From an uncultured Gemmataceae bacterium (GTDB taxonomy: Bacteria; Planctomycetota; Planctomycetia; Gemmatales; Gemmataceae), in the NCBI GenBank assembly GCA_963750165.1, contig CAVVPN010000012.1:320001-384000 (forward strand): a stretch of DNA of 64,000 nt, read 5' to 3'. Below, piece by piece: positions 1 to 14,629 of the stretch. A program made the position numbers and the translations under genes. Within the stretch, counting starts at the first letter, position 1. Each line of letters starts with the position of its first letter. Under the pieces are notes generated by a model. The model was not told the DNA's origin and did no database searches. It was given only the letters and a program-made list of their open reading frames with translations.

Positions 1-1579
<1,579 letters not shown>

Positions 1580-1652
1580 GGCCGCCCTCCCCTAAAAAGA
1601 AACTCGCAGTCCGAGTTTGAGTGCAATTCTGTATTTATTTCCGAAGGGCAAG

Positions 1653-2054
1653 TTAAGCACTTGCTTGTTGTTGTTGCTTGGCAATTTCAGCGTCGTACTT
1701 CGCGTCAGCTTCTTCCCATTTGCGCATGGCCGTTTCGCGCAGCCGGTTGAAGGTGCCGGCAAGGGCCGGGTTACGTCGCTCCGGAGCAAACCCGGGCCAG
1801 GTCGGAAATGCTTTCCCTGCTGCTTCCCAGGCGTCACGAAACCGCTCTCCCGCCTGACCGAGCAGCAAAAGCGTCCGGTAACGCCAGACTCCTCGTAACT
1901 CCGAGGCACGGAACGATTCCATCCCTGGCGCATCGAGATGCGGAATTTCGTCCGACCAGACCAGCGCGTCAGCGAACAGGTCGTAAAAGAAGTGGGCGTC
2001 TGGGACGGCTTTCAACCCTTGGAGGAAGGGAGCGAGCTTCTGGTAATCCGGCAT
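1653..2054 (-). CDS. hypothetical protein, 133 aa (rpoB-rpoC insertion ORF D)
   Basis: ATG with GAGGAGG RBS; protein-like composition (WPGFAPERR); co-oriented, 10 nt from upstream stop. Confidence 0.8.
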   Translation of the reverse strand: MPDYQKLAPFLQGLKAVPDAHFFYDLFADALVWSDEIPHLDAPGMESFRASELRGVWRYRTLLLLGQAGERFRDAWEAAGKAFPTWPGFAPERRNPALAGTFNRLRETAMRKWEEADAKYDAEIAKQQQQASA

Positions 2055-2064
2055 GAACGCCTCC

Positions 2065-2403
2065 TCAGGTTATGGGGGAAAGCTCATCGAAGTCGATGCG
2101 AAAGCGCGGCCCCAACTCACCTTCCCCCAGGTATGTCACTTTCCCGCCTCGCCAGGTGACACCTTTTTCGGCCCGCATGGCGTGCATCCGCGCGATTTGG
2201 TCGTTCGCACAATCGCCGGTTAACAGGGTGCCGCGGACAGCACCCGCGGCAATGGCCCTGTTAATCGCCCGAACGACTACCTCCTGATCATTGATGTTCC
2301 CCACCTCGATGGTAGCGAACCCGTCTTCGATGCGAACCTTGATCCAACCGTCGTTATGGATCACGTTGAACGTAACCACTTCCGGAGGCGATGGGTTGCT
2401 CAT
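2065..2403 (-). CDS. hypothetical protein, 112 aa (insertion ORF C)
   Basis: clean ORF packed 10-11 nt from its neighbours; globular alpha/beta-like composition. Confidence 0.72.
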   Translation of the reverse strand: MSNPSPPEVVTFNVIHNDGWIKVRIEDGFATIEVGNINDQEVVVRAINRAIAAGAVRGTLLTGDCANDQIARMHAMRAEKGVTWRGGKVTYLGEGELGPRFRIDFDELSPIT

Positions 2404-2414
2404 GGCGCATCGGG

Positions 2415-2885
2415 TTACCGTTTTGTTTTCGTGTTACGCTTGCCGTTCCCGTTCCTCCCGGAGACGTTCGCTTTTTCCACGAGCGAAATCACAAACACAT
2501 CGATGGACGAACCGATCGTGTTTAGCAGGACATTTGGCTCAATCCCATCGAAGCTTAGCAGTACGCTGTCCAGGTATCCTTGCTGATTCCAGGCGAGCCA
2601 GGTCCAACCGCACTCCTTGCCGACATATTTTTCCCACGGCTTGGCGGATTGGATGCTTCGGTAACCCCGTTTCGTTCGTAACGGGGACGGCTGGAACTCA
2701 CTGGTTATCGTGTCCGTGTCGATGTCCACTCCGAACCGAAGAAAACAATCTCCCAGGTTCAGAATGAGTTGGTCACGGCAACCATCCACCATTTTTTCCA
2801 GCACGTCCTGAAGGACATACGGCGTCTCTCGCGGCGGAAGCAGCAGAGGATCGGCGCTGTCGGGATGGCGGGCAAGAACGCTCAT
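2415..2885 (-). CDS. hypothetical protein, 156 aa, DUF6334-like (possible immunity-type protein; insertion ORF B)
   Basis: motif DTDTI...PW..YVGK..GWTW...NQQGYLD.V...F recalled from the DUF6334 family; not searched. Confidence 0.7.
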   Translation of the reverse strand: MSVLARHPDSADPLLLPPRETPYVLQDVLEKMVDGCRDQLILNLGDCFLRFGVDIDTDTITSEFQPSPLRTKRGYRSIQSAKPWEKYVGKECGWTWLAWNQQGYLDSVLLSFDGIEPNVLLNTIGSSIDVFVISLVEKANVSGRNGNGKRNTKTKR

Positions 2886-2895
2886 GACAAATCCC

Positions 2896-3132
2896 TCAGT
2901 GTTCCTGTCCCAGACGGCGGGCCTGCTTCGCGATCTTTATCGCCTTGGCCGCCGTCGCGTCACCTTCTACCGCCGCCTTTGCCGCTTCCCCGAGAGACTG
3001 ATTCGCCCACGGCCCGGCCTCTTGCACATTGGCGGCATTTCCGCCGCGTGTCCGAATCACCTCGGCCACGGTCTGGTCTGCGACATCGACCAGCGTTCCG
3101 AGTTTGCGCCGGATGGCCTTTGTGAGCTTCAT
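2896..3132 (-). CDS. small Ala/Lys-rich helical protein, 78 aa (insertion ORF A)
   Basis: ATG 13 nt after rpoB stop, preceded by AGGGAT; MKLTKAIRRK...EAAKAAVEGDATAAKAIKIAKQARRLG. Confidence 0.65.
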   Translation of the reverse strand: MKLTKAIRRKLGTLVDVADQTVAEVIRTRGGNAANVQEAGPWANQSLGEAAKAAVEGDATAAKAIKIAKQARRLGQEH

Positions 3133-3145
3133 GACCGATCCCTGG

Positions 3146-6847
<3,702 letters not shown>

Positions 6848-7033
6848 GGTGTAGGCTCCTCCCAGAAGGGACAAGAAACCCCGCGACCGGGGGCCGGCGG
6901 TGCTGCGGTCAGCGCCGCCCGGTCGTCAGCGCGCACGGCTGCGGGGATGGATTGCGGTATTCACAAGGTTGAGCAATGACAGTCGGGAAAACCACCGGTT
7001 CCGGCACGGAGCTTTCCTCAGGCGCGCAGCGAT

Positions 7034-7077
7034 CCAGGTTCCACCCGACTCCCTTACGGAAGTTGGGTGGAACCTGG
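7034..7077. repeat. intergenic inverted repeat (rplL-rpoB)
   Basis: CCAGGTTCCACCC...GGGTGGAACCTGG. Confidence 0.6.
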
Positions 7078-7247
7078 CGTCGGTAGCACGGATGTTGTGC
7101 GGCGTCGTTCACTGGCATCTACATTCTACCCACGGCGTCAATGCCGTGGATCAGAGAACCCAACGTCCGCTGGTCGTCTACGGGCCACGGCGGTCATGGC
7201 CGTGGGAGGGGCGGCCGCTCCTGGCGCCCGGTGGGGCACGCCGCTGG

Positions 7248-7664
7248 TTACTTCAGGCTGACCTTGGCGCCTGCGTCTTCCAGCTGCTTCTTGAACTTCT
7301 CGGCGTCTTCCTTGGAGATGTTCTCCTTGATCGCCTTGGGGGCGCCCTCGACGGCGTCCTTGGCCTCTTTCAGGCCCAGGCCGGTGATCTCGCGGACCAC
7401 CTTGATGACGGTGATCTTCTTGGCCGCGTCGAAGCCGTCCAGCTGGACCGTGAACTCGGTCTTCACTTCCGGCGCCGCGGCGGGTGCGGCCGCGGCGGTC
7501 GGGGCCATCATCATGCCACCGCCGCCACCGGCGGCGGGTTTGATTTTGTGGACCTCTTCGAGATAATCGCCGAGTTCGACGGCCTTGGAGACGGTAAGGG
7601 CCGCGATTTTGTCGCCGATGTCCTTGATGTCCGCCGACCAGGCGCGGCCATTGCCTTCAGCCAT
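7248..7664 (-). CDS. rplL: 50S ribosomal protein L7/L12
   Basis: KTEFTV...[25 protein letters not shown]...AGAKVSLK. Confidence 0.98.
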   Translation of the reverse strand: MAEGNGRAWSADIKDIGDKIAALTVSKAVELGDYLEEVHKIKPAAGGGGGMMMAPTAAAAPAAAPEVKTEFTVQLDGFDAAKKITVIKVVREITGLGLKEAKDAVEGAPKAIKENISKEDAEKFKKQLEDAGAKVSLK

Positions 7665-7856
7665 TGCGTTGTCCTTTCTGAGTGTCGTGACCGCCTTCGG
7701 CCTCAGGGCCGGAGGGATTTATCAACCAAGCCGTGCCGTCGGAAGCGCGACGGCGGGTGCGTAATAGCCGAATGTTAAAAGGACACCGCAGGGCGTCCGG
7801 ATGTTCGCGTCAGGCGTAGACTGTCATTGTAGCAACTGGGGGCAAGGGGGCAACGT

Positions 7857-7929
7857 CTTCGTTCGTAGCATCGCCTTCAGGCGGAATCTGGCGCTCTGAT
7901 TCCGCCTGAAGGCGGTACTGCGAACGAAG
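7857..7929. repeat. REP-like palindrome pair
   Basis: CTTCGTTCGTAGCATCGCCTTCAGGCGGAATC...GATTCCGCCTGAAGGCGGTACTGCGAACGAAG. Confidence 0.75.
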
Positions 7930-7934
7930 GCACC

Positions 7935-8510
7935 TCACGCCGGCGGCGCCTCCGGGGCGGCCTCGGGTGCCGCTGCGGCGGGGGCGGCTTCGTCCTCTTT
8001 TTTCTCGCTGATCGTCTTGATCTGGCTGGCGACCGCCGCCGCCGGGCCCTTGATCTGACTGATCAAACGGCCGGCCGGGGCCAGCGCCAGCATGACAACG
8101 CGGCCGAGGGCCTGGGCCCGGGTCGGCATCTTCTTGGCCTGCTCGAACGTCACCGGTTGGCCGTCCGAAATGGCGTTCTTGAACTGGTACTTCTCCTTGT
8201 TCTTGTCGCCGGTCTTCTTGAACTCATCCTCGAGTTCCTTGCTCAGGTCGGACAGGCTGGTGCTGCCCCAGGCGACCATCGTCGGCCCTTCCCAGACCGG
8301 GCCGGCTTCCAGGCCCATTTCGCCGAAGACGCGCCGGGCCAGGCTGTTCTTGACCACCTGCAACCGGATGTTCTTCTTGCGCAGCGTCAGCCGCAGGGCG
8401 TTCTCCGTCTGCGCCGGCAGGCCCTGGACGCTCAGGACCACCAGGTCGCGCACCTCGTGGAAGGTGCGCTTCAGCGAGTCCATTTCAAACTGCTTGATTT
8501 TCTTGCTCAT
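7935..8510 (-). CDS. rplJ: 50S ribosomal protein L10
   Basis: VVKNSLARR, GPT motif, MPTRAQ; lies between rplA and rplL. Confidence 0.95.
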   Translation of the reverse strand: MSKKIKQFEMDSLKRTFHEVRDLVVLSVQGLPAQTENALRLTLRKKNIRLQVVKNSLARRVFGEMGLEAGPVWEGPTMVAWGSTSLSDLSKELEDEFKKTGDKNKEKYQFKNAISDGQPVTFEQAKKMPTRAQALGRVVMLALAPAGRLISQIKGPAAAVASQIKTISEKKEDEAAPAAAAPEAAPEAPPA

Positions 8511-8530
8511 GGTGTCGTTTCACTCAAAAT

Positions 8531-8588
8531 GAGCGGGGTCGCGTCAGCGCCCCGTGAACGTTCACGGGGCGCTGACGCGACCCCGCTC
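8531..8588. repeat. perfect 58-bp palindrome (same family as 35642-35727)
   Basis: GAGCGGGGTCGCGTCAGCGCCCCGTGAAC|GTTCACGGGGCGCTGACGCGACCCCGCTC. Confidence 0.85.
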
Positions 8589-8607
8589 GTGAGGACGAAA
8601 ACCTGGA

Positions 8608-9546
8608 TTACATCGCCACCGGGATGCCCGGGCTCATGGTCGCGGACAGCGTGATCGAATGGATGTAGTTGCCCTTGACGCCGGCCGGCTTGGCGTGGCG
8701 GATCTGGTCCACAAAGGCATGGACGTTCTGAACGAGCTTCTCCTCGTCGAAGCTCATCTTGCCGACGCCGGCGTGAACGTTGCCGCCCTTGTCGGTGCGA
8801 TACTCGACCTTGCCCGCCTTGAACTCCTGGACGGAGTTGGTCACGTCGCCGGTGATGACCGTACCGGCCTTGGGCGTCGGCATCAAACCGCGCGGACCGA
8901 GCACCTTACCGAGCCGGCTGACCTTGCCCATCAGATCCTGCGTCGCCAGCGCCACGTCGAACTCGGTCCAGCCTTCCTTCTGAATCTTCTCGATGAGTTC
9001 GTCGGCGCCGGCGTAGTCGGCGCCTGCCTCCTTGGCCTTGCCGACGTTGTCGCCCTGGCAGAAGACGAGCACACGCACCGACTTGCCGATGCCGTTGGGC
9101 AGCGACACGGTGCCGCGCACCAGCTGGTCGCTCTGCGTCACATCCACGCCCAGCGACATGTGGATTTCGACCGTCTCGTCGAACTTGGCGCGCTTCATCT
9201 GCTTGAGCAGCGTGATGGCGCGCTTGAGCGGCACGGCGCCTTCCTTGGCGACCTTCTGCCGCTGGTTTTTGATATGGTTGCGGAGCTTCTTGCCGCGCTT
9301 CGGACTGATACCGGGACGCTTGCCCTTCTTCTTGGTCGATTCGGTCGGCGCGGCACCGGGGGCTGCCGGCGCTGCGGCGGCGGGCGGCGCCTCGGCGGCG
9401 GGCGCCGCCGGGCTGGCTTTATTGCCAGCGTCCTTGGCCCTGGGCTCGCGCGGCTTCTTTTCCTTGGGCGCGGCGGCGGCGTCACCCGCGGCGGCGGCCG
9501 GCTGGGGGGCTTCGGCCCCGGCGTCCGGACTTTGCTTCTTTGCCAT
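8608..9546 (-). CDS. rplA: 50S ribosomal protein L1 with Ala/Pro/Lys-rich N-terminal extension
   Basis: [44 protein letters not shown]. Confidence 0.98.
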   Translation of the reverse strand: MAKKQSPDAGAEAPQPAAAAGDAAAAPKEKKPREPRAKDAGNKASPAAPAAEAPPAAAAPAAPGAAPTESTKKKGKRPGISPKRGKKLRNHIKNQRQKVAKEGAVPLKRAITLLKQMKRAKFDETVEIHMSLGVDVTQSDQLVRGTVSLPNGIGKSVRVLVFCQGDNVGKAKEAGADYAGADELIEKIQKEGWTEFDVALATQDLMGKVSRLGKVLGPRGLMPTPKAGTVITGDVTNSVQEFKAGKVEYRTDKGGNVHAGVGKMSFDEEKLVQNVHAFVDQIRHAKPAGVKGNYIHSITLSATMSPGIPVAM

Positions 9547-9566
9547 GATGAGGTCTCGCGTAAATG

Positions 9567-9656
9567 CGTGGGGCAGACATTCCTGTCTGCCTCTTAACGT
9601 GGGGCAGACAGGAATGTCTGCCGTGGCTCCTGGCAGACAGGAATGCCTGCCCCACG
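9567..9656. repeat. REP-like cluster of three GGCAGACA(TTCC/GGAA)TGYCTGCC units
   Basis: three related ~20-bp palindromic units between rplK and rplA. Confidence 0.8.
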
Positions 9657-9663
9657 AAAATTG

Positions 9664-10128
9664 TTACCCTTCCACCGTGATGCCCATGCTGCGGGCGGTG
9701 CCCTCGATGATGCGGACGGCGTGGTCCTCGTCGCGGGCGTTGAGGTCGGCGAACTTGCGCTTGGCGATCTCGCGCACCTTGGCGGCGGGCACCTTGAAGC
9801 CCTTGTACTTGCCGCTCTGCTTCACCTTCTCTTCGCTGGGGATGACCTCGCCGCCCTTCTTCTTTTCGAGCGGGATGCCGGCCGCCTGCTTGAGCAGCAC
9901 CGCCGCGGGTGGGCTCTTGATCTCGAAGGTGAAACTGCGGTCGTTGAAGACCGTGATGACCACCGGCACCGTGATGCCGCGCTGGTCCTTGGTGCGGTCG
10001 TTGAACTGCGTCACGAACGCGCCGATGTTGACGCCGTGTTGACCCAGCGCCGGGCCGACCGGCGGGGCCGGCGTGGCGCTGCCGCCGGGACATTGCAGGC
10101 GGATCTGGGCGGTGACTACCTTGGCCAT
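9664..10128 (-). CDS. rplK: 50S ribosomal protein L11
   Basis: [34 protein letters not shown]. Confidence 0.98.
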   Translation of the reverse strand: MAKVVTAQIRLQCPGGSATPAPPVGPALGQHGVNIGAFVTQFNDRTKDQRGITVPVVITVFNDRSFTFEIKSPPAAVLLKQAAGIPLEKKKGGEVIPSEEKVKQSGKYKGFKVPAAKVREIAKRKFADLNARDEDHAVRIIEGTARSMGITVEG

Positions 10129-10146
10129 TGGTCGCTAACCCTTCCT

Positions 10147-11067
10147 TTATTGCTCTTCGACTTGCCAGTATTCCAGCTCGACCGGCACCGGCCGCCCGAA
10201 AATCGTCAACTCCACGCGCACCGAATTCTTGGCTTCCAGGATGTCCTTGATCTCGCCTTCCATGGTGGCGAAGGTGCCGTCGCGTACCTTCACCCGGTCG
10301 CCGACGTTAAACTTGTGCTTGTGCTCGACCGTGGGCGCCGCGCCGGGCTTGCCCATCATCTTCTCGACCTCGTGCGGCTTCATCGGCTGCGGCGGCTTGT
10401 CGATCCTGCCGCCGACGAAATCGCCGACGCCGGAGGTCTCGCGGAACAGGTACAGGATGCGGTCGTTGTACTCCACGTTGGCCATGATGTAGCCGGGGTA
10501 GAGCTTGCGCGTCTTGACGTAGCGCTTGCCGTTGCGTACCTCCGTAACCTTCTCCACCGGAATGAGGATTTCGCCGTAATACTCCTCCAGGCCTTCGATC
10601 TTGACGCGCCGCTCGATGGCGTCCTTGATCGACTCCTCACGGCCGCTCTGCACCTTGACGACGTACCAGTGTTTGTTGTCTTCCTTCGGCTCCTCCGCGG
10701 CCGGCGCCGCCTCGGGCTCGGCCTCCGCCACCGGCTCGGGTTCCGTGTGCTCAGTCTGCGCCGGTGCCGCGGCGACCACGGGTTCCGGTTCCGGCTCGGG
10801 CTCCGGGATGGGCGGTTGTTCAGCCACGGGCTCCGGGGTCGGGGCCGCAGGTTCCGGCGCTGCCGCGGGTTCCGGCGGATGCTCGGCGGTCTCGGGCTGG
10901 GGTTCCGCGGGGTGTCCAACCTCCGACGATAGTTCCGGGGGCGTGGCGACATCGGCAGTGGGCGGTTCCGTGGGCGGCGGTGGGGGTACGGTTTCGCTGA
11001 CCAGCGCCGGGGCAACGGGCGGCTGGCCTGCTTCGGTGGAAACAGGGGTTGAGACAGCTTCGCTCAT
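10147..11067 (-). CDS. nusG: transcription factor NusG with long Pro/Glu/Ala-rich N-terminal extension
   Basis: HWYVVKVQSGREE, KLYPGY, KOW motif GDRVKVRDGTF, IFGRPVPVEL. Confidence 0.96.
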   Translation of the reverse strand: MSEAVSTPVSTEAGQPPVAPALVSETVPPPPPTEPPTADVATPPELSSEVGHPAEPQPETAEHPPEPAAAPEPAAPTPEPVAEQPPIPEPEPEPEPVVAAAPAQTEHTEPEPVAEAEPEAAPAAEEPKEDNKHWYVVKVQSGREESIKDAIERRVKIEGLEEYYGEILIPVEKVTEVRNGKRYVKTRKLYPGYIMANVEYNDRILYLFRETSGVGDFVGGRIDKPPQPMKPHEVEKMMGKPGAAPTVEHKHKFNVGDRVKVRDGTFATMEGEIKDILEAKNSVRVELTIFGRPVPVELEYWQVEEQ

Positions 11068-11106
11068 GGGATGATTTCCCGTCCAGGGCGGCGTGGCAGG
11101 CGGCAA

Positions 11107-12084
11107 CTACCAGGAGGCCTGGTTGTTTTGCTTGGCCCGTTCTTCCAGTGGGTTGTGGACGAGCACGCGCACCGCCGGGTTGCTCAGCACGAGCACCCAG
11201 AGGATGTCCACCACAAACAGGAAGACCGTCAACAGGAAGACGGTGATCAGCACGACCACGGTGTCCTGCACGAGTTTCTTGCGCGTCGTCCAGGAGACCT
11301 TGTTCATCTCGGCCTCGGTCGCGATCAGGAAGTCCGCGAACACGGGCCAGTTGACGATCCGAACTGCCAGCCAGACGCCTGCCGCCGCGATCAGCAAGAG
11401 AGCATTGATATTCAGCCGATACATGATCGGCAAGACCTTGTCTTGCAGGAAAGGCACGGCGATTTCCCAGTTGCCCCCGCCGAGCGTGCGGTGCTGCACC
11501 AGCACGTACAGGCCGCAGGCGACGATCACCAGAATGCCGACGACCGTGCCGCGGCGGACGCGCACGCCCTGGTTGGGCTTGAAGCCGGACACGTCAAACC
11601 AGCCGTTATCCTCCAGCCGGCCGAACAACATACCGGTGGCGGGCCGGGTGTAGAGCCAGTACAGGCCGTAGAGCAGGCCGCCGGCCAGCAGTGCCATGAC
11701 GACAACGATGATCGGCGTGTCCAGCACGGCGTTTCTCATGGCATTGCCGACCGCGAAGATAACGATCAGGCCGACGAACAGAACCACCGCCCCGAAGGTG
11801 GCGCCGGCGCGGAGGCCACGCCGCGGCTGCGAGCCGAGCAGGCGGTGCCCGAGGAACACCAGACCGACGGCCGTGGGCACGGTGACGACCAGGAGCAGGG
11901 CGTCGGCCAGGAATTCGTTGAGGACGCTGGGCGGAAACAGTTCCCGCCACAGGCTCGGCAAGCCGGAGAACACCAGGCCGAAGGCGAACAGGACGTACAG
12001 AGCCCCGAGCAGGGCCCCGACCGCCAGTTGCTGCTGGGGGCTGCGCGACACGGTTTCCGGGGTGGGTTTTTCCGCCACAGCCAT
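11107..12084 (-). CDS. secE: preprotein translocase SecE with extra N-terminal TM helices
   Basis: FLIATEAEMNKVSWTT..L...TVVVLI SecE core; between tRNA-Trp and nusG. Confidence 0.9.
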   Translation of the reverse strand: MAVAEKPTPETVSRSPQQQLAVGALLGALYVLFAFGLVFSGLPSLWRELFPPSVLNEFLADALLLVVTVPTAVGLVFLGHRLLGSQPRRGLRAGATFGAVVLFVGLIVIFAVGNAMRNAVLDTPIIVVVMALLAGGLLYGLYWLYTRPATGMLFGRLEDNGWFDVSGFKPNQGVRVRRGTVVGILVIVACGLYVLVQHRTLGGGNWEIAVPFLQDKVLPIMYRLNINALLLIAAAGVWLAVRIVNWPVFADFLIATEAEMNKVSWTTRKKLVQDTVVVLITVFLLTVFLFVVDILWVLVLSNPAVRVLVHNPLEERAKQNNQASW

Positions 12085-12194
12085 GGCTATTCCTTACGTG
12101 AAAGATTTTCGATGGTCGGTTGGCGCCGCGGGCGCGTCCCTGGCCCACAGAACATTGGATCCCACGTCAATCGAAAATCGTTGCGAACGCTCAA

Positions 12195-12267
12195 CAGGGG
12201 CGGAGCGACTCGAACGCTCAACCGCTGGTTTTGGAGACCAGTGCTCTACCAATTGAGCTACACCCCT
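12195..12267 (-). tRNA. tRNA-Trp(CCA)
   Basis: AGGGGTGTAGCTCAATTGGTAGAGCACTGGTCT-CCA-AAACCAG...TTCGAGT...CCCCTG cloverleaf. Confidence 0.97.
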
Positions 12268-12276
12268 CCGCACTCC

Positions 12277-12370
12277 GTAGCCATTAGTCATTGGTCATTA
12301 GTGACCTGGGTTCCCGCCAAGGGCAGGGGTCCGGGTTCCTAATGACTAATGACCAATGACTAATGACTAC
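12277..12370. repeat. inverted arrays of (T/C)AATGAC heptamers
   Basis: CATTAGTCATTGGTCATTAG ... CTAATGACTAATGACCAATGACTAATGAC. Confidence 0.85.
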
Positions 12371-12519
12371 TTCTTCCGCGATTCCTTGTGCGCCGTGTGC
12401 TTGCGTTCCTTGCGGCAGAACTTTTTCAGCGCGAGCCGCTCGGCGCCGCGCGTCTCCTTTTGGGTGCGGTAGTTGCGCGCCCCGCAGACGGAGCACTCCA
12501 GCCAAACGTATTCTCGCAT
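12367..12519 (-). CDS. rpmG: 50S ribosomal protein L33 (50 aa, not in ORF track)
   Basis: hand translation [50 protein letters not shown]. Confidence 0.96.
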   Translation of the reverse strand: MREYVWLECSVCGARNYRTQKETRGAERLALKKFCRKERKHTAHKESRKK

Positions 12520-12601
12520 GATGGTTCAAAGCCCGCTATCCGGAGTCCCTTATCCGCGGCCCGCTGCAACCAACAACGGGCCACGGATAACGGACCACGG
12601 A

Positions 12602-13814
12602 CTAGGTCAAAATCTTGGTCACAACGCCCGAGCCGACAGTGCGGCCGCCCTCGCGGATGGCGAAGCGCAGGCCCTCGTCCATGGCAATCGGCTGCTCGGG
12701 CAGCAACTCGACGGTCATCTTGATGTTGTCGCCCGGCATGCACATCTCGACGCCCTCGGGCAGCGTGGCGCTGCCGGTCACGTCGGTGGTGCGGAAGTAG
12801 AACTGCGGCTTGTAGCCGGAGAAGAACGGCGTGTGACGACCGCCTTCCTCCTTGCTCAGCACGTAGACCTCCGCCTCGAACTTGGTGTGCGGCGTAATCG
12901 AACCGGGCTTGGCCAGCACCTGGCCGCGCTCCAGATCGTTGCGCTCGATGCCGCGCAGCAGCACGCCGACGTTGTCGCCAGCCATGCCGTACTCCAGCGA
13001 CTTGTTGAACATCTCGACGCCGGTAACGGTCGTCTTGCGCAGGCGCCTTCATCAGGCCGACGATCTCGACTTCGTCGCCGACCTTGCAGCGGCCGCGCTC
13101 GATACGGCCGGTGCCCACGGTACCGCGGCCCTTGATCGAGAACACGTCCTCGATCGACATGAGGAAGGGCTTGTCCTCCTCGCGTTTCGGATCGGGGATG
13201 TAGCTGTCCAGGGCGTCCATCAGGTCGTCGATGGGCTTGCAGGCAACGTCGTCCTTGCCCTTGCTGTCGTAGGCCGCGCACGACTGACCACGAATGATCG
13301 GCACGTTGTCGCCGTCGAACTCGTACTTGCTGAGCAGCTCGCGCAGTTCCATCTCGACCAGTTCGAGCAACTCGGGGTCATCGACGAGATCGACCTTGTT
13401 GAGGAAGACGACGATCCGGGGCACGCCGACCTGACGGGCGAGCAGGATGTGCTCGCGGGTCTGCGGCATGGGGCCGTCGTCGGCGGCGACGACGAGGATG
13501 GCGCCGTCCATCTGAGCGGCGCCGGTGATCATGTTCTTGATGTAATCGGCGTGACCGGGGCAGTCGATGTGCGCGTAGTGGCGCTTGGCCGTCTCGTACT
13601 CGACGTGGGCCACGGCGATGGTGACGGTCTTGTTCTCGTCGCGCACCGTACCGCCCTTGGCGATTTCGCTGTATTCCTTGACCTTCGCCAGCTTGTTCTT
13701 GTAACCCTGGCGCTGCACGATCGCCGCGGTCAAGGTGGTCTTGCCGTGGTCGATGTGACCGATGGTGCCGACATTGACGTGCGGCTTGTCACGCGTGAAG
13801 ACTTCCTTAGCCAT
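12602..13814 (-). CDS. tuf: elongation factor Tu; 1-nt frameshift near 13041, probably a sequencing error
   Basis: [21 protein letters not shown]-terminal part ([15 protein letters not shown]) in another frame. Confidence 0.98.
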
Positions 13815-13892
13815 CGTTCCTCCGCAACTTTCAAATCTAAGGTGTACCGTTGGGGTTGGGTACGCGAACGTCTTAACGTAAATCCTTGCCAG

Positions 13893-13964
13893 AGCTGCTG
13901 TTGGGGGTTGAACCCAAGACCTCCTCATTACCAATGAGGTGCTCTACCACTGAGCTACAGCAGC
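13893..13964 (-). tRNA. tRNA-Thr(GGT)
   Basis: anticodon arm CCTCA-TT-GGT-AA-TGAGG, acceptor GCTGCTG/CAGCAGC. Confidence 0.96.
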
Positions 13965-14090
13965 GATTTCGCGTGGTTCTGCTTCCTCTGCCACGTTCTC
14001 ATTCGATGGCAGGTTGCACAAACCACGTCACACTTGGCGATCTCGGCCAATGCAGCGGGAACAGCGTTTAAGCAGACTTCCGTCCATAAA

Positions 14091-14163
14091 AGCGGGCGAA
14101 GGGACTCGAACCCTCAACGGCTAGCTTGGAAGGCTAGCGCTCTACCAATTGAGCTACACCCGC
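14091..14163 (-). tRNA. tRNA-Gly(TCC)
   Basis: anticodon arm CTAGC-CT-TCC-AA-GCTAG; GTTCGAGTC T-loop. Confidence 0.97.
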
Positions 14164-14177
14164 GATAGATAAATAAG

Positions 14178-14261
14178 TGGGCCGGGCAGGATTCGAACCT
14201 GCGTAGCACGTAGTGCGTCAGATTTACAGTCTGATGCCATTGGCCGCTCGGCCACCGACCC
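14178..14261 (-). tRNA. tRNA-Tyr(GTA)
   Basis: TCAGA-CT-GTA-AA-TCTGA, long variable arm, GTTCGAATCC. Confidence 0.97.
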
Positions 14262-14283
14262 GTGTGTCTCCTTGCGTCCAGGA

Positions 14284-14355
14284 AGCTCCCGGAGGGAGTC
14301 GAACCCACAACCTACGCTTTACAAAAGCGTTGCTCTACCATTGAGCTACGGGAGC
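14284..14355 (-). tRNA. tRNA-Thr(TGT)
   Basis: ACGCT-TT-TGT-AA-AGCGT; acceptor GCTCCCG/CGGGAGC. Confidence 0.96.
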
Positions 14356-14629
14356 GCAGCCGGCGCACAAAAACGTCAGTATAGGAGTCCGGCACGACCG
14401 TTGCAAGTCGTTTTTCCCCTACCTTCGCCACAACCCCTTCCTGCGCCAACTTCGAGCGTTCGTTCGTGTCCCGGCGCCGGCCTCCTTTTCTCGACACGGC
14501 CGCCCGAACCTGGGTTCGGCCCCGTCCGGACAACCCGCACTTTTGTACAAATGCCCACACCAGCCGGGACGAACAGAAGGTAGAGGCCCCCTTCGGCGTT
14601 CCGCCCCCGGGCCGTCTGCGAGGGCTGTC

